Assembly (NCBI RefSeq): GCF_032191835.1
Contig: NC_083231.1
Location: forward strand, 36,394,001 to 36,458,000
Direction: 5' to 3'
DNA from: Heteronotia binoei
Lineage: Eukaryota
DNA length: 64,000 bases
Of the stretch, positions 1-12,362 are shown in pieces. Under the pieces are notes generated by a model. The model did not search any database, was not told the DNA's origin, and saw only the letters and a program-made list of their open reading frames with translations. How positions within the stretch are numbered: the stretch's first letter is position 1; every line of letters begins with the position of its first letter. The position numbers and the translations under genes are program-made.

Positions 1-880
1 TATATCTCTGCTACCTAATCTTAAATAGGTACACACATGGCCTGGCCCAACAAGGTCTCATTTATGTCAGATCCGGCCCTCATAACAAATGAGTTTGATA
101 CCTCTGTTCTAGGACCTACAAAAAAGCAGAAACTTCCTCCTAATCTGGGCAACAAACAAACAAAAAGCAGGATCCTTTGCTCCAGAAGATGGCTCCCATA
201 TTAGCAGAACTGTTCCAGCCTTTTTAAAGCAAAGCAACTGGAGGAGATGGGGTTATAATCCACTTCCCACAAAATTATTGTATTTGGGAGCACTGAAACA
301 AAACAAAACTGCCATTGTATCATAGCTCATATCTTGGTCTATAGGGAGCACCATAAAAATCATGGATCCTCATGACATTTACATGGAGTTACCCAAAATC
401 CATTGGTTAATGACATATCACAGCCCTTATCCAAACACCACACAATAAAAAGCAGGGATTTGGTCTTTGAGCTTAGGCGTGAGCTTCTAATTCAGCCCCC
501 ACCCAAAACACTGGATTTGCAGAAGGTTAAAATCTAGCAAAGTTAGAGATCCGAACCCCCTGAACTCTAACTTTGCCATGTTTCACCCTTCCCCAAACAT
601 AGCAGTTGGGGGGTATGTTAGAATTCTATTCCTAGAGTGGCTTTCTAATTCACCCCCTTTGATGCCAATGGCGAGTTTGAATCAATCAGTTTGAATCAAC
701 AGCATCTTTGCCTATGCGGAGTTTTGTTAAACCAGATGTAGGCCACTTTGGCAGGAGTTATTGGTTTTCAGTATGAAGTAAACAGATGGGGTGTTGGACT
801 GGCATCTGATTGACATCTTCAAATGCAGTCGGTTTCAGATGTTGAAATTTGCAGTGCCTTTGTCTTCTATACAGAAAGCA

Positions 881-1463
881 AGCAAGGAAATGATGTGATG
901 GTATCGCTTTACTCTGCTCTGGTAAGACCTCACCTGGAGTATTGTGTTCAGTTTTGGGCACCACATTTTAAGAAGGATATAGACAAGCTGGAACGGGTCC
1001 AGAAGAGGGCGACAAAGATGGTGAGGGGTCTGGAGACCAAGTCCTATGAGGAAAGGTTAAAGGAGCTGGGGATGTTTAGCCTGGAGAGATGGCGGCTGAG
1101 AGGTAATATGATCACCAGCTTCAAGTACTTGAAGGGCAGTCATATAGAGGATGATGTGGAATTGTTTTCTGTGGCCCCGGAAGGTAGGACCAGAACCAAT
1201 GGGTTGAAATTAAATCAAAAGAGTTTGCGGCTCAACATTAGGAAGAACTTCCTGACCATTAGAGTGATTTCTCTGTGGAACAGGCTTCCTCGGGAGGTGG
1301 TGGGTTCTCCTTCCTTGGAGGTTTTTAAACAGAGGCTAGATGGCCATCTGACAGCAATGAAGATCCTGTGAATTTAGGTGGAACTGTTTGTGAGTTTCCT
1401 GCATTGTGCAGGGGGTTGGACTAGATGACCCTAGAGGTCCCTTCCAACTCTATGATTCTATGA
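881..1463 (+). mobile_element. CR1 LINE, 5'-truncated (ORF2 C-terminus plus 3' UTR)
   Basis: ORF 823..1371 contains LYSALVRPHLEYCVQFWAPHFKKDIDKLERVQKRATKM, typical of CR1 ORF2; ends in (ATTCTATG)-type tail. Confidence 0.93.
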
Positions 1464-1500
1464 AAGCTTCTCCCAGCATGGAGAACAGTGATGGGAAATG

Positions 1501-1759
1501 CTTGGTGTAGTGGTTAAATGTGTGGACTCTTATCTGGTTTGATTCCCCACTCCTCCACTTGCACCTGCTGGAATGGCATTGGGTAAGCCATAGCTATGGC
1601 AGGAGTTGTCCTTGAAAGGGCAGCTGCTGTGAGAGCCCTCTCAGCACCACCCACCTCACAGGGTGTCTGTTATGGGAGGAGAAGATATAGGAGATTGTAA
1701 GTCGCTCTGAGTCTCTGATTCAGAGAGAAGGGCAGGGTATAAATCTGCAGTCTTCTTCT
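1501..1759 (+). mobile_element. tRNA-derived squamate SINE (MIR/Squam3-like)
   Basis: A-box TGGTGTAGTGG head; body nearly identical to copies at 8683-8959 (-) and 51559-51836 (+); TCTTCT tail. Confidence 0.8.
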
Positions 1760-2134
1760 AATACATTTCTGCAGGTTGGTCCACTGTTGAAGGCACAGGA
1801 GCAGCAACCGGAGGAAAATTTCCAAGAACCATATGAATAAAAGCACACTTAACCTGGATCAATGCGAAGTCTTTGCAAATGAGTCCTTCAGGTATGTAAA
1901 CAAAGGCATCTCTATAGGCCATAAACTGCATTTTTAAAATACTCTTTACTCAGGTAAAAAGAAAGAGTAGCTCATGCACAGGTACTTAAAAAGCATACAA
2001 GCATAATAGTGCAAAACCCCTTCTAATGTCATTTTGTTTTTCTAGCTAACTGAAAACTCAGCACCTTAACTTTTACAATGTATGTTTGCACTCCCAGTTT
2101 ACACAACAACTTGTTCAACTAGTCCCTGCACCGT

Positions 2135-2177
2135 GTTGCTATAGCAACAATTGACTTGACTCCCTTGCCATGGTAAC
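2135..2177. promoter_or_regulatory. Two adjacent RFX X-box-like motifs
   Basis: Perfect palindrome GTTGCTATAGCAAC (2135-2148) and CTTGCCATGGTAAC (2164-2177) in non-repetitive sequence; motif match only. Confidence 0.5.
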
Positions 2178-3148
2178 TGCTTAGTATCTCCCAATACCGG
2201 AATGACCTTTGAGCTGTAGAGCAATTCTTAAAAAAAAAAAGATAGGCAATTGTCTCAGCCTGCTACATCTTTAGGTAGAGAGAGAAAACATACTTGTATA
2301 TCCCAGTCCGAACATTCTTGATAGCTTTCCCATGCAGTTTGATGAAGTCCCCCACAGAGAAGGATATATGTATACACACAGATTTTCCTTCTTCCATTTA
2401 AATGGATGGAAGACAGGACAGATGTTTAACGAAGTAGTGTAAGACAAGCACCTATCCTCTCTAAGGCTGTTTCCATAGATCTTACCAGTTTTCCCTCACC
2501 CTCAATACACTATTTCCCCAATCTGGTTTACTCTGATTTTTTTTTTTAAATAATGTAGTCCAAGCACATTTAGAATTCGCAAAGACTACACAAAGGAGTG
2601 ATAAAAATGTCCCTAAAGCTTTGCATTCTTCTTCCTTTGTTTTCTTCCTCTCCCCCCCCCCCCACACCCATTGGGAGTGCTGTGGGATTCCCTCTCCCCT
2701 TGAATGCCTCCTTCTTGGGTCCTTGTATGTTGTGCTGTGATGCTCTTGTTGGCTGTGCACTTTTTGTGTTTTGTGTGGATTGGTTTGTTTTGATCTGTGC
2801 TGGCCATTGGCTGTAATAATAATAAACTGAAACTAAACTGACTAAAGTATACTGTCTGGAAGGAATGGTACCCTATAAAAGTCCTGCTCACACTGGAATC
2901 ATTTACCTTACTGCTAGCCCCTTGTGGGCAACATTTTACCAGTATTTCTTTCTGATTTGAAAAATGGTAATTGCTATAATGCTATAACAATATATTGCTA
3001 CTTCTTGGTTTCAAAATTTAATAGAATTGTTACATCACTATAACAGTGATAGATACCCTATTTCCAATGTTAATAGAACTGTCATAGTGCTATAAAATCT
3101 GCCTAACACTTTAACACTCTGTAGCACTCAGGGATGCTGTAGGTAGAT

Positions 3149-3220
3149 CCTGCAGGGGGTTGGATTAGATGGCCTGTATGGCCCCTTCCAGCTCTATGAT
3201 TCTATGGTTCTATGATTCTA
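3149..3220 (+). mobile_element. CR1 extreme 3' end remnant
   Basis: gggggttggattagatggcc...ctctatgattctatggttctatgattcta, same tail type as 1410-1463. Confidence 0.75.
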
Positions 3221-5089
3221 GTGTTTTGCTATTGTTTTCCAACACCCTTTTGATCTATTTATTTATTTACAGTTATATCCTGCCCTTCCCATGAACAGAC
3301 TCAGGGTGGGTTACATCAATATGTTAAAACAATTTTTTAAAGTACAATAAATATCAGATAATAAAACAGTTAAAACAATTTAAATTAACAGTATTCCAAT
3401 CATGGGTTGTATTTGTGGACAAATACAGCAGGGAAAAGGAGGGGGGGGGGTTGTTTTACAATCCCTATTGTGGTAAGTATTGGAAAAAGAAAAAGGGACT
3501 TCTTTATAAAACAAGGCTGTTATTACAGAATAGAAGTGAACTGAGATTAAAGTGGAAAGACTAAGTAACAGATTAATGGTTTTTCATGTATACTAAAGGC
3601 ACACAGCCAAATAGTTGTATTGTTACTTCACATCAAAACAAGCTTCATCTTTTCAGCTCCAAGTCATGAGTACTTCTCTCTGTTGATTCTTTCTTTGTAT
3701 TTTTCTTCTGCTCTCGTTGTCTTCTCTCTCCCCTGGGCTACTTACTATTCCTTTTTTCCTAGCCCCCACTTCCCTGGCATATTGCCTTCATGGGCTACTT
3801 ACTATAGGCCACTGCTTCTTCTAATCTTCCTTTATTAGGTGTAATCATGAGCCAACTGCAGCCAGGAAAGAAAGACCCTGGGGATCACAGCAATTCAGCG
3901 AACACCAGCAAACTCTTTTTTCCTTTCCCTACCCCTCTATGATACTGGAATAACTCAGCCACTCACCCTCCAACCACTACAAAAGCCCAGAATGCATTCC
4001 AATATATATATAAATGTTGCTGATGTCTAGGCATGGATGTATAATCACTCAAGGATAGAGGATGAAAGAACAGGAAGTGTGCTGCTATTATGTCTTGCTC
4101 ACATTGAGCAAGCATATATAGGAAAATAGAAGTGCTACCACATCTAAAGCTAAGAGCAGTATTACATCAGGTGACAGGAAAAAAATTGAGAGAGCAGATC
4201 TCATATGCTTTTGCTTTTAAATATGCTACCTCGCTCCAATATCAGAGTTACTACTGAGAGGCCAAAGTAGCCCTAGAAAATGCCCCTGCTGTGTGCCTTT
4301 AGTATACATGTCCCCTGATGGAGGAGGAATCACCATAGTTTCCAGTAGTTGCTCCTGAAACTCAACCCTAAGTTCCCTAAGTTTCCCTTTCTGTAAGGCC
4401 TTCAGAGTAAGATATTTTTTGTCTTCACAGTCTAGTTATCTTAGCACCAATACACCTGGGCTTAAAGATGTCATTTCCTTTTTAAAAGAGCCAGATATGG
4501 TTCTGTTCTGGGCCTCATTTGGCCCTTGAGTCATATAAGTTGCAGACCCTTCATCTAGCTAGAGCAGCTCTACCACTGTCTCTTGGCATCAGGGTTTTTG
4601 GCACAATTATTTTCAAACAAGATTCCATGATGCTTTGCCAGAGAGATTTCTACATCATGAGAAAAAGCAAAAGTTCCCAATGCTGCCCCATTATTTATAT
4701 CTCTGGACCTTTGTGGGAGCAAACAGCAACTATGATGCAATTTATTCTAACATTACATGATGCCAATGTACCAGTCTAAAAATAAACCACTTGAACTAAA
4801 CTTACTCAAGGGTGACATTTGGCTGTTGTAATGTTTTGCTACCATGCTAAGATTACAGAGCTTCCCCCTTCTAGAACTGCATTCAGACATCATGCTGAGC
4901 CACAATTAAACTACAGTTTGCTGCAGTGGTCACAAGTGTGGCTTGTTTGTCATGCCAGTGTTTTACCCTGACTCCTCCCTTCATACATGGACGGACTATG
5001 AAATAAACTCCAGCTGTGCATGATGTCTGTAAGCAACACACCTGGCCCAGTTAGAGGCTGTTCACTCCCCACATGCTGGGATCCTAAAC

Positions 5090-5885
5090 TAAGAACATAA
5101 GAATATAAAAGAAGTCTAGGGCTTTTTTTAGTAGAAAAAGCCCAGCAGGAACACATTTGCATATTAGGCCACACACCCCTGTTTTGCACAGGACTTTTTT
5201 GTAAAAAAAAAAAGTCCAGCAAGAAGTCATTTGCATATCGGGCCACACCCTCTGGCACCAAGCCAGCCAGAACTGCATTCCTGTGTGTTCCTGCTCAAAA
5301 AAAGCCCTGGAGAAGCCAGTAGCCCCCCAAGCACCAAAAACACAGAGCATCACTGCCCCAGACATAGTGTTCCATCTGTACCTTGTGGCTAATAGCCACT
5401 GATGGACCTCTGCTCCATATGTTTATCCAGTCACCTCTTGAAGCTGTTTATGCTTGTAGCTGCTATCACTTCCTACAGTAGTGAATTCCATGTGTTAACT
5501 ACTCTTTGGGTTCTAAATCTACTACTCATCAATTTCATTGAGTGTCCAAAAGTTGTTATATTGTGAGAAAGGCAGAAAAGTATGTCTTTCTCTACCTTTT
5601 CTATCCCTTGCATAATTTTGTAAACCTCTGTCATGTGACTCCTCAGTCATTGTTTCTCCAAGCTAAGGGAGCCCTAACCTCTTTAACCTTTCTTCATAGG
5701 GAAGGTGTTCCACCCCTTTAATCATTTGCCATTTTTGCACCTTTTTCAGTGCTATATCTTTCTTGAGTTGTGGTGACCAGAACTGTACACAGTATTCCAA
5801 ATGAGGCTGCACCATCAATTTATAAAGGGACATTATGATACCACCTGATTTGTTTTTAATTCCCATCCTAATAGGGATGTGCATT
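5090..5885 (-). mobile_element. CR1 LINE 3' fragment (second subfamily), interrupted by a MITE
   Basis: ORF 5663..5884 contains VQPHLEYCVQFWSP...LPYEERLKRLGL; AGAACATA-type tail at about 5091-5105. Confidence 0.85.
5117..5309. mobile_element. hAT-type MITE (CAGGGCTTTTTT TIR family, octamer-bearing) nested in CR1
   Basis: TIRs tagggcttttttta...aaaaaaagccctg; degenerate 8-bp TSD aagaagtc/gagaagcc. Confidence 0.8.
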
Positions 5886-8682
5886 TGACCTATATCGAAC
5901 CAACATTTTTTTTTTTTAAAAAAAATTAGTATTGTCCAATTTTTTTCCCCAGTCAGATACAGACCCCGGTATTTGGTTATCCAAAAATGGGCAACCCAAA
6001 AAATCCTAGAAATATTTGGGATTTTTCAGGACCTCTGGATAGCTGAAGGTAAAGGGTCTTTAAAGAGATTGGTCTCTTTAAACACCTTCCTTATGAACTC
6101 ACCACTTTGAGAAGGCATTTAAAGGTACCACAAGCCCTTTACATGCCTTTGGAGTGCACTTGCAGCTTGCAAAAGGCATTTAAAGGGACCACAATCCCTT
6201 TAAATGCCTTTTCCCCTCTCCACTGGAAGCAAGGAGCATAGGGGTGGCTCTGTTTGGCAGTCTGGTCTAAACCAGGCTGCTCACCAGAGCCTCAACCAAG
6301 CCTGCAGGATCAGCCCCTTGGTGGGCTCTGTTGGGCAGTCTGTATTAAACTGAGCTGCCCATCAGAACTCCATCAGAGCCTGCAGGGAGAACTCTCAGCT
6401 AGGGCTGGCCCCTCTTTACAGCTTGATTTAAACTAAAGATAGGTTCAGCTCAAGGTTGGCTCTAAAATGAAGCATGGTGAGGCAATTGCCTGAGACAGTG
6501 TTTGGGGCAGGCGAAGTCGCTGACATCGCCACCACCACCACCATTTCACCCTCATCTCGGCCGCTGTCATAGCGCCCTGCTTCCACCAGCCCCTCAATCC
6601 CTCCAGCCAAATTAACTAACACTCTTTTTTCCCTTATTCCTGAAGTATACTGAAACAGCAGAGTGGATGATGAGGTAGGGACTGTGTGCCTACTCTGTCA
6701 TGTGACAAGAAAAAGAAGCCAATGGAGAGGTGCTCCAGTCCTGTGCAACATAAAAATTGGTTCCTGCTCAGTATAGCGTAATAGATTATTCTGTTAACAT
6801 CACTCCGAGATTATTTTCCAGTTACCTCAGCAGCCATAACAACAGTCATTCATACAGTTGCTAGGATGCCAGTCAAGAAGCAGGCTGGAGGGAGGGAACA
6901 GAGGAAGAGCTGATGCCATTTCATTTAAAGACAAGGAACAGCCATCTTTAAACATCCAGTCATTTCTCTGACATACCTTAGAAAGAAATGTCACATAAAT
7001 GTTTGTGAAATCAATACAGTTTCTTGGGAAGCTCATGTTCTCTCAGCCTAACTAGCCCCATAGAATTTCTGTGTATTGAAACACTCATTTTTGTATTGTG
7101 TGTGTTAATTTTTCACAAACGTGTTTTAAAATAACTGTATTGAACACTGAGATATCATTACATTTGGTAAACACATCCAGTGCTGTTTCAGGCTTAGATC
7201 ACTTGTTTTCATAAGCGGAAAGAAAAATGTCAAATACAATACAATACAATGTCTCCCCTGAAAATGGAGGCACTGCCAGTGTCCCTTGTTGAGGTATGTT
7301 TGGCTCAGGACAACTGCTGTGTTTCATGAACAAACTCAATTGGTCCAGTTTCAAATGAGGAGAAGGGAAAATATATTGTAATGTGAGACACTGAAATATA
7401 CTGAAGGCTACTTTTCAAAGAAGTGCCCTATCACTTCGTTTTTTATTATGCCTTCTAGCCATTGCTGTTCAGTCACAATGTATTTAGTCCGGGGTACAGA
7501 ATTCTGCATACTGAAAATCTCAGCTGTAATTTTTATTTGTTAAACAAATTTCTAGCCCTGGTGCAGCAAAAAAAAAAGTTTGTAAAAGTGTTATAATGCT
7601 TGGAAAAGTCTGAAAAGCAAATGGAGAGGCTACACAGACCTTCCAATTGGGTGTATTCAGCATAGTTCCTTGATGTTCTCTAGGACTTGCAGATACAGAA
7701 TATATCATGAAAAATAAGCAGATCTATGAAAAGCAGCTTTATTTCCCTAAGTTATTGCATATGCAGATTTTGCCTTTTCTTGGTGCAGCAGTTGGTGAAA
7801 ATTTTATTGAGAGCGTGATATATCTATTTTAAATAAATAATAAATCAAAGTGTAGAACATGCAGAGACTTTGTAACAGTATTCTGGGCAAAATCAAGTTC
7901 TGAAATGTTGTCCTAGACAAGCTGGTTTATACACCAAGTTTATAGCTGTCCACAAGACGAACTTTGTAAATACGTGGCAATTTTCACTGCAGCCATTGTC
8001 TATGTTTTATATCTGAATATCCGTCCCTCAGTGCACGAATGTTTGATAAATCTCCCTGTGGTTTTGAACTTATCACTTCTGTCATTTAAATGCAATCAGA
8101 GGAATTACTATAGGCTTCCAGTATCCAAAAAGTATGTAGATGTGGAAGGATTCTCTGATATTTTGGTTCCATGTTTCAGTGTGAAACTATGGGCTGGATA
8201 ATATGTTTTCATTCCATCTTGTCCAGTTCCTCTCCTTACTACAGTGTCTGTCCCACATGGCTTATGTCCATGGAGGTCCCAGAATCCCCAGCATCGCCTT
8301 TTGGTGGTCAACAGGAACTTTCTCCTCCCATTTCGATAGCAGAAGAGATGTTGAGCAGGACTCAGCCTAGTCGCAACCACAGAGAGACTGTGAGAATACA
8401 TGTACCAAGACAAACTAGTTCAACAACATTAAAGATTTGTACTGCAGTTCATTTCGTCTTCTGGGAAAGATGGGAATGGGAAAACAATTCCCTGATGAAT
8501 TTGTCATTGGATTTGCATACATGCTGTGCTATTTAAAAGACAAGAGCCTGAGAGTAAGTTTAAACAATGCTGACACCTAGTGGCAACACTCATAAGAACT
8601 TCAGCATTGCCTTGTGGGTCAGACCAATGTCTACCTAATCCTGCAAATTGCATTTGAAGGTGAAGCAAGAAAACAAAGCTAT

Positions 8683-8959
8683 GAAGAAGAATATATTGGA
8701 TTTATATCCCACCCTATACTCTGAATCTCAGAGTCTTGGAGCAGTCACAATCTCCTTTACCTTCCCCCCCCAGCACAACAGACACCCTGTGAGGTGGATG
8801 GGGCTGAGAGCTCTTATAGCAGCTGCCCTTTCAAGGACAACTCCTGTGAAAACTATGGCTGACCCAAGGCCATTCCAGCAGCTGCAAGTGGAGGAGTGTA
8901 AAAACAAACCCGGTTCTCCCAGAAGAGCCCGCACACTTAACCACTACGCCAAACTGGCT
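8683..8959 (-). mobile_element. tRNA-derived squamate SINE (MIR/Squam3-like)
   Basis: Reverse complement of the 51559-51836 element. Confidence 0.8.
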
Positions 8960-9746
8960 CTCAAGAAAATTTTCTCTAAAGAAAATTAATCTAACAATCA
9001 GATATATACACTTTAATGAATTTATTAGGCCCTGGACACAAGTTTCTCTCGTGTTCAGAAAGCCTTTTCTTTTTAATCTTTTGTTCTTTGAAAATTTTCT
9101 GTTTCCCTGTACAGTACAGAAGTGAATAAGAATACACATGAACACATTAAGCTGTATTGTCTACTCAAACTGACAGTATCTCTCCACAGTTTCAGGGAGC
9201 AATCTTTGAATTGCCTGTTTTTTTGACTGGAGAAGCTGGGGATTGAACCTTGGACCTTCTGTGAGCCATGGCCCCTCCCACTTGCCTGGCAAAAGGTTGG
9301 TGCTTCTGAGACCTCTGGATCTAAACCCATGTGTGGGAAAAGTCTTGGGCATTCTATTAGAGCTGCCTCTGCTGAGTGAACGTCAGCTGAGATCGGGACC
9401 ACGGAGGTAAACAAAACTGGAGAAAAGCAACACACTCACTCCGTGTAAAAAATAATTCTCAGTGTAATCCACAATTTGCAACTTCTGTGTGCTAGTAAAC
9501 AATTCAGTAATACCGATAGCAAACCACCCTAGCATGACACAGCTACTGTCCAAAGAACTATGCAACATTTAAACTGTAGTCCAACGAATAATAAAAGAAC
9601 CGGTTCAATTTCATTTTGGGAGTATCCTTCTTCAAGGGACCGTCTTTTGTACTCATAGGTTCAGTAGATTTGAAGTACCATAATTCATTTCCTGGCTTTC
9701 CAAATAACTATTTTGTTAGAATTTTTTGAATTTTTTCTGGAACGCT

Positions 9747-9809
9747 ACTGCCAGGCACAATCCTTCAGCATTGAACGCTATCAAATGCTGAAGGATTTTG
9801 ACTGGCAGT
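9747..9809. repeat. 63-nt imperfect inverted repeat (hairpin)
   Basis: actgccaggcacaatccttcagcattga / acgcta / tcaaatgctgaaggattttgactggcagt. Confidence 0.85.
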
Positions 9810-10573
9810 GGCACTGGACTGGCAGGCAAGTGTAAATCTGTAAACTTCCGTTATAGTTATTTAAGCAGACATTATTAACCATATTCCCCATTCCCTTAAA
9901 CAAAGGGAACACAATTTTGAATGTTATCATAGAGTCTCACACCCCAGATATTTTTCTTGAGAGAAGAATATAGGCACACTCTATTGATGGCAAATCAATG
10001 GCTCTTTTTCCCCTGGATTGCTGATGCTATAGGGCTGTCAAGCTCCCGCTGGGGGATCCCCCAGTCTGGAGGGCCCCAACCTGCTGGCAGGGAGCAGGCT
10101 GCTGGGGGGATCCCCACTCTCGAAGAGCTTTGTCACTACACACCATCCCTCATTGCACAGGGATGCTCTAGGACTCATGGTAAAACTTTATGGTGTCAAA
10201 GAGTTTTATCATGAGTCCTAGAGTGTCCCTGGTGCACTGTCCCCAGTCAACAATGTTATTTCTGGGTGACATCATTGCACGCCTCGTGCTTTGTGTGAGA
10301 CTGAGAACAGTCCCCCGCTGCAGCAGCAGAGGGACTTGACAACCCTATGATGTTGTGCCATGCTGCACTTAAGCTTACCAACTTCCAGGTGGTGGCTGGA
10401 TATCTCCCGGCAACAGAGAAAACTGGAGAAAATGGCCACTTTGGAAGGTGAATTCTATGGCATTATACCCTATTGAAGTCCCTCCCCTCCTCCTTCCTCT
10501 GGTTCCACTCCCCTCCCCACACACACATTTCCAGATATTTCAAAATGTAGAGCTGGCTATCCTACTAAAATGT

Positions 10574-10735
10574 AAAGGTAGCCCCCTGTGCAAGCACCAG
10601 TAGTTTTCGACTCTGGGGTGACATTGCTTTCACAATGTTTTCACGGCAGACTTTTTACAGGGTGGTTTGCCATTGCCTTCTCCAGTCATCTACACTTCCC
10701 CCCCAGCAAACTGGGTACTCATTTTACCGACCTCG
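10574..10735 (-). mobile_element. Sauria SINE, 5'-truncated
   Basis: aaaggtagccccctgtgcaagcaccag...ggtggtttgccattgccttc...; flanked by 12-bp direct repeat gctatcctacta (10556-10567, 10735-10746). Confidence 0.85.
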
Positions 10736-11784
10736 CTATCCTACTACATATATATTAACTTCTCAACTTTTTATGTTTAACATTTTTGGTGTTTTAAATT
10801 AGCCCTCTTTGTGACTTATTGGTACCACGGCCTATATTCTAATGCTAACCTTTTAAAAGCATTTTAAAGATCAAAAAATCACTAGCAAAACATGAGATAA
10901 AGTTTCCCAAAGCACAGACATTTCACACACTAAATAATGTATAAATGGATGGCATTGTGTCTGGCCCTGCCCCCATCTGATCTCTTCCAAGCTGGTCTAT
11001 TTGCGAAACAATTCAGGACTGTGAATATCTATTTTTGCTTTATTGTGTAGGTCTCTCGCAGCATAATTCCATCCATGATTAGTCAGAAGTATACCCCACT
11101 GTTTTCAACGTGGTGTACTCTGAAGTAAATGAGAACAGTACTATATCTGTGGGTAAAACATTACTACCACCATTGATGAGGTTGGGGTTTTATGTCTGTG
11201 AAGAACGCATTACTTTTAATAAGGTAATGCTGTATTGGACAGATGTAATTTCCCCATTGTGAACTTCCCCAATCTGTCATTGGGAGCCTCAGAATACCAG
11301 CCTACATGAAAAACTGACCCTTAAAATCCAATTCATTTTAAGTGAATTCATGTTTAAGCATATTGGAATAATTTACATTTTTTCTATGTCAAGTTGATTA
11401 ATGATCCCTTCTCTTTAGCATACCTTAGGCCCCCTCACCATAAAATTTCTGGCTATATATTATATATATAGATTACACAGGTCATGAATTTAATGGACTC
11501 TCTCCTCAAACCAATAATGTAGTTGGAGCACACACTCCCAGTGAGTATCTGGCTATGAACAAACATTATTTATGGCTAGGTTTTTTAGAAATAGAACACA
11601 AGCGCCACAATGGTTGACCTATGACTATTGAGTGTACATCATTTATAAAGTAACCCAACCTCTCTCTAAGAGAGAGAAAAATGGGGAGAAGACACAGTTA
11701 AATTATCCCCTCATATAGTTTTGTAACATATAGCTGTAAATTGATTGAATTTGCTCAATTTCACCTAATTATCTTCCATACTAC

Positions 11785-12362
11785 TAGGGATGGACACGAA
11801 CCGCATTTCTGCAGTTCAGTTTGGGGTTCATGGCTGAACGACAAACTGAATCATGAACCAATAGGCCAGTTAACAATGTGAATAGGTTCATATCAGGGAT
11901 CAGTTAGTGAACCATTTAAAGTTTAAACCCTTGCTTTCTGCTCCTCACAAAAAGCAGTGGCAAGCAGAATGCAGGGGTTTAAGTGGCTCTGAGCCAGACA
12001 TTTGACTGGTGGAGAGCTTTTCATGATGAGCAGTAAGCAGTGGGTGAAAAGCCTTCTAAACAGTTCACCCCCTGCTTTTTGCTCACTGCCAAAAGCTGTG
12101 ACAAGCAGAAAGCTGAGGGTGAAATGGCCCAGAGTCATTTAAACCCCTGCTTTCTGCCACTTTTTAAACCAAACAGCTGTGCACTCACTCACTTCTGTTG
12201 TGAAGAACAGAAAGTGGGGGGGAGGGTTCCTGCTCTTCATGAACTACTATGAACGGAAGTTTGTGGCATCTCTTCGGTTCACCAACATTGTTTTCATTAA
12301 CCAGGAACCAGTCAAAATTTGTGATGAACTTTAGTTTGTGAGCTAATTTGTGCCCATCCCTA
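11785..12362. mobile_element. MITE with TAGGGATG(G/A)GCAC-type TIRs
   Basis: tagggatggacacgaacc...tttgtgcccatcccta; related ends at about 21563-22042. Confidence 0.65.
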
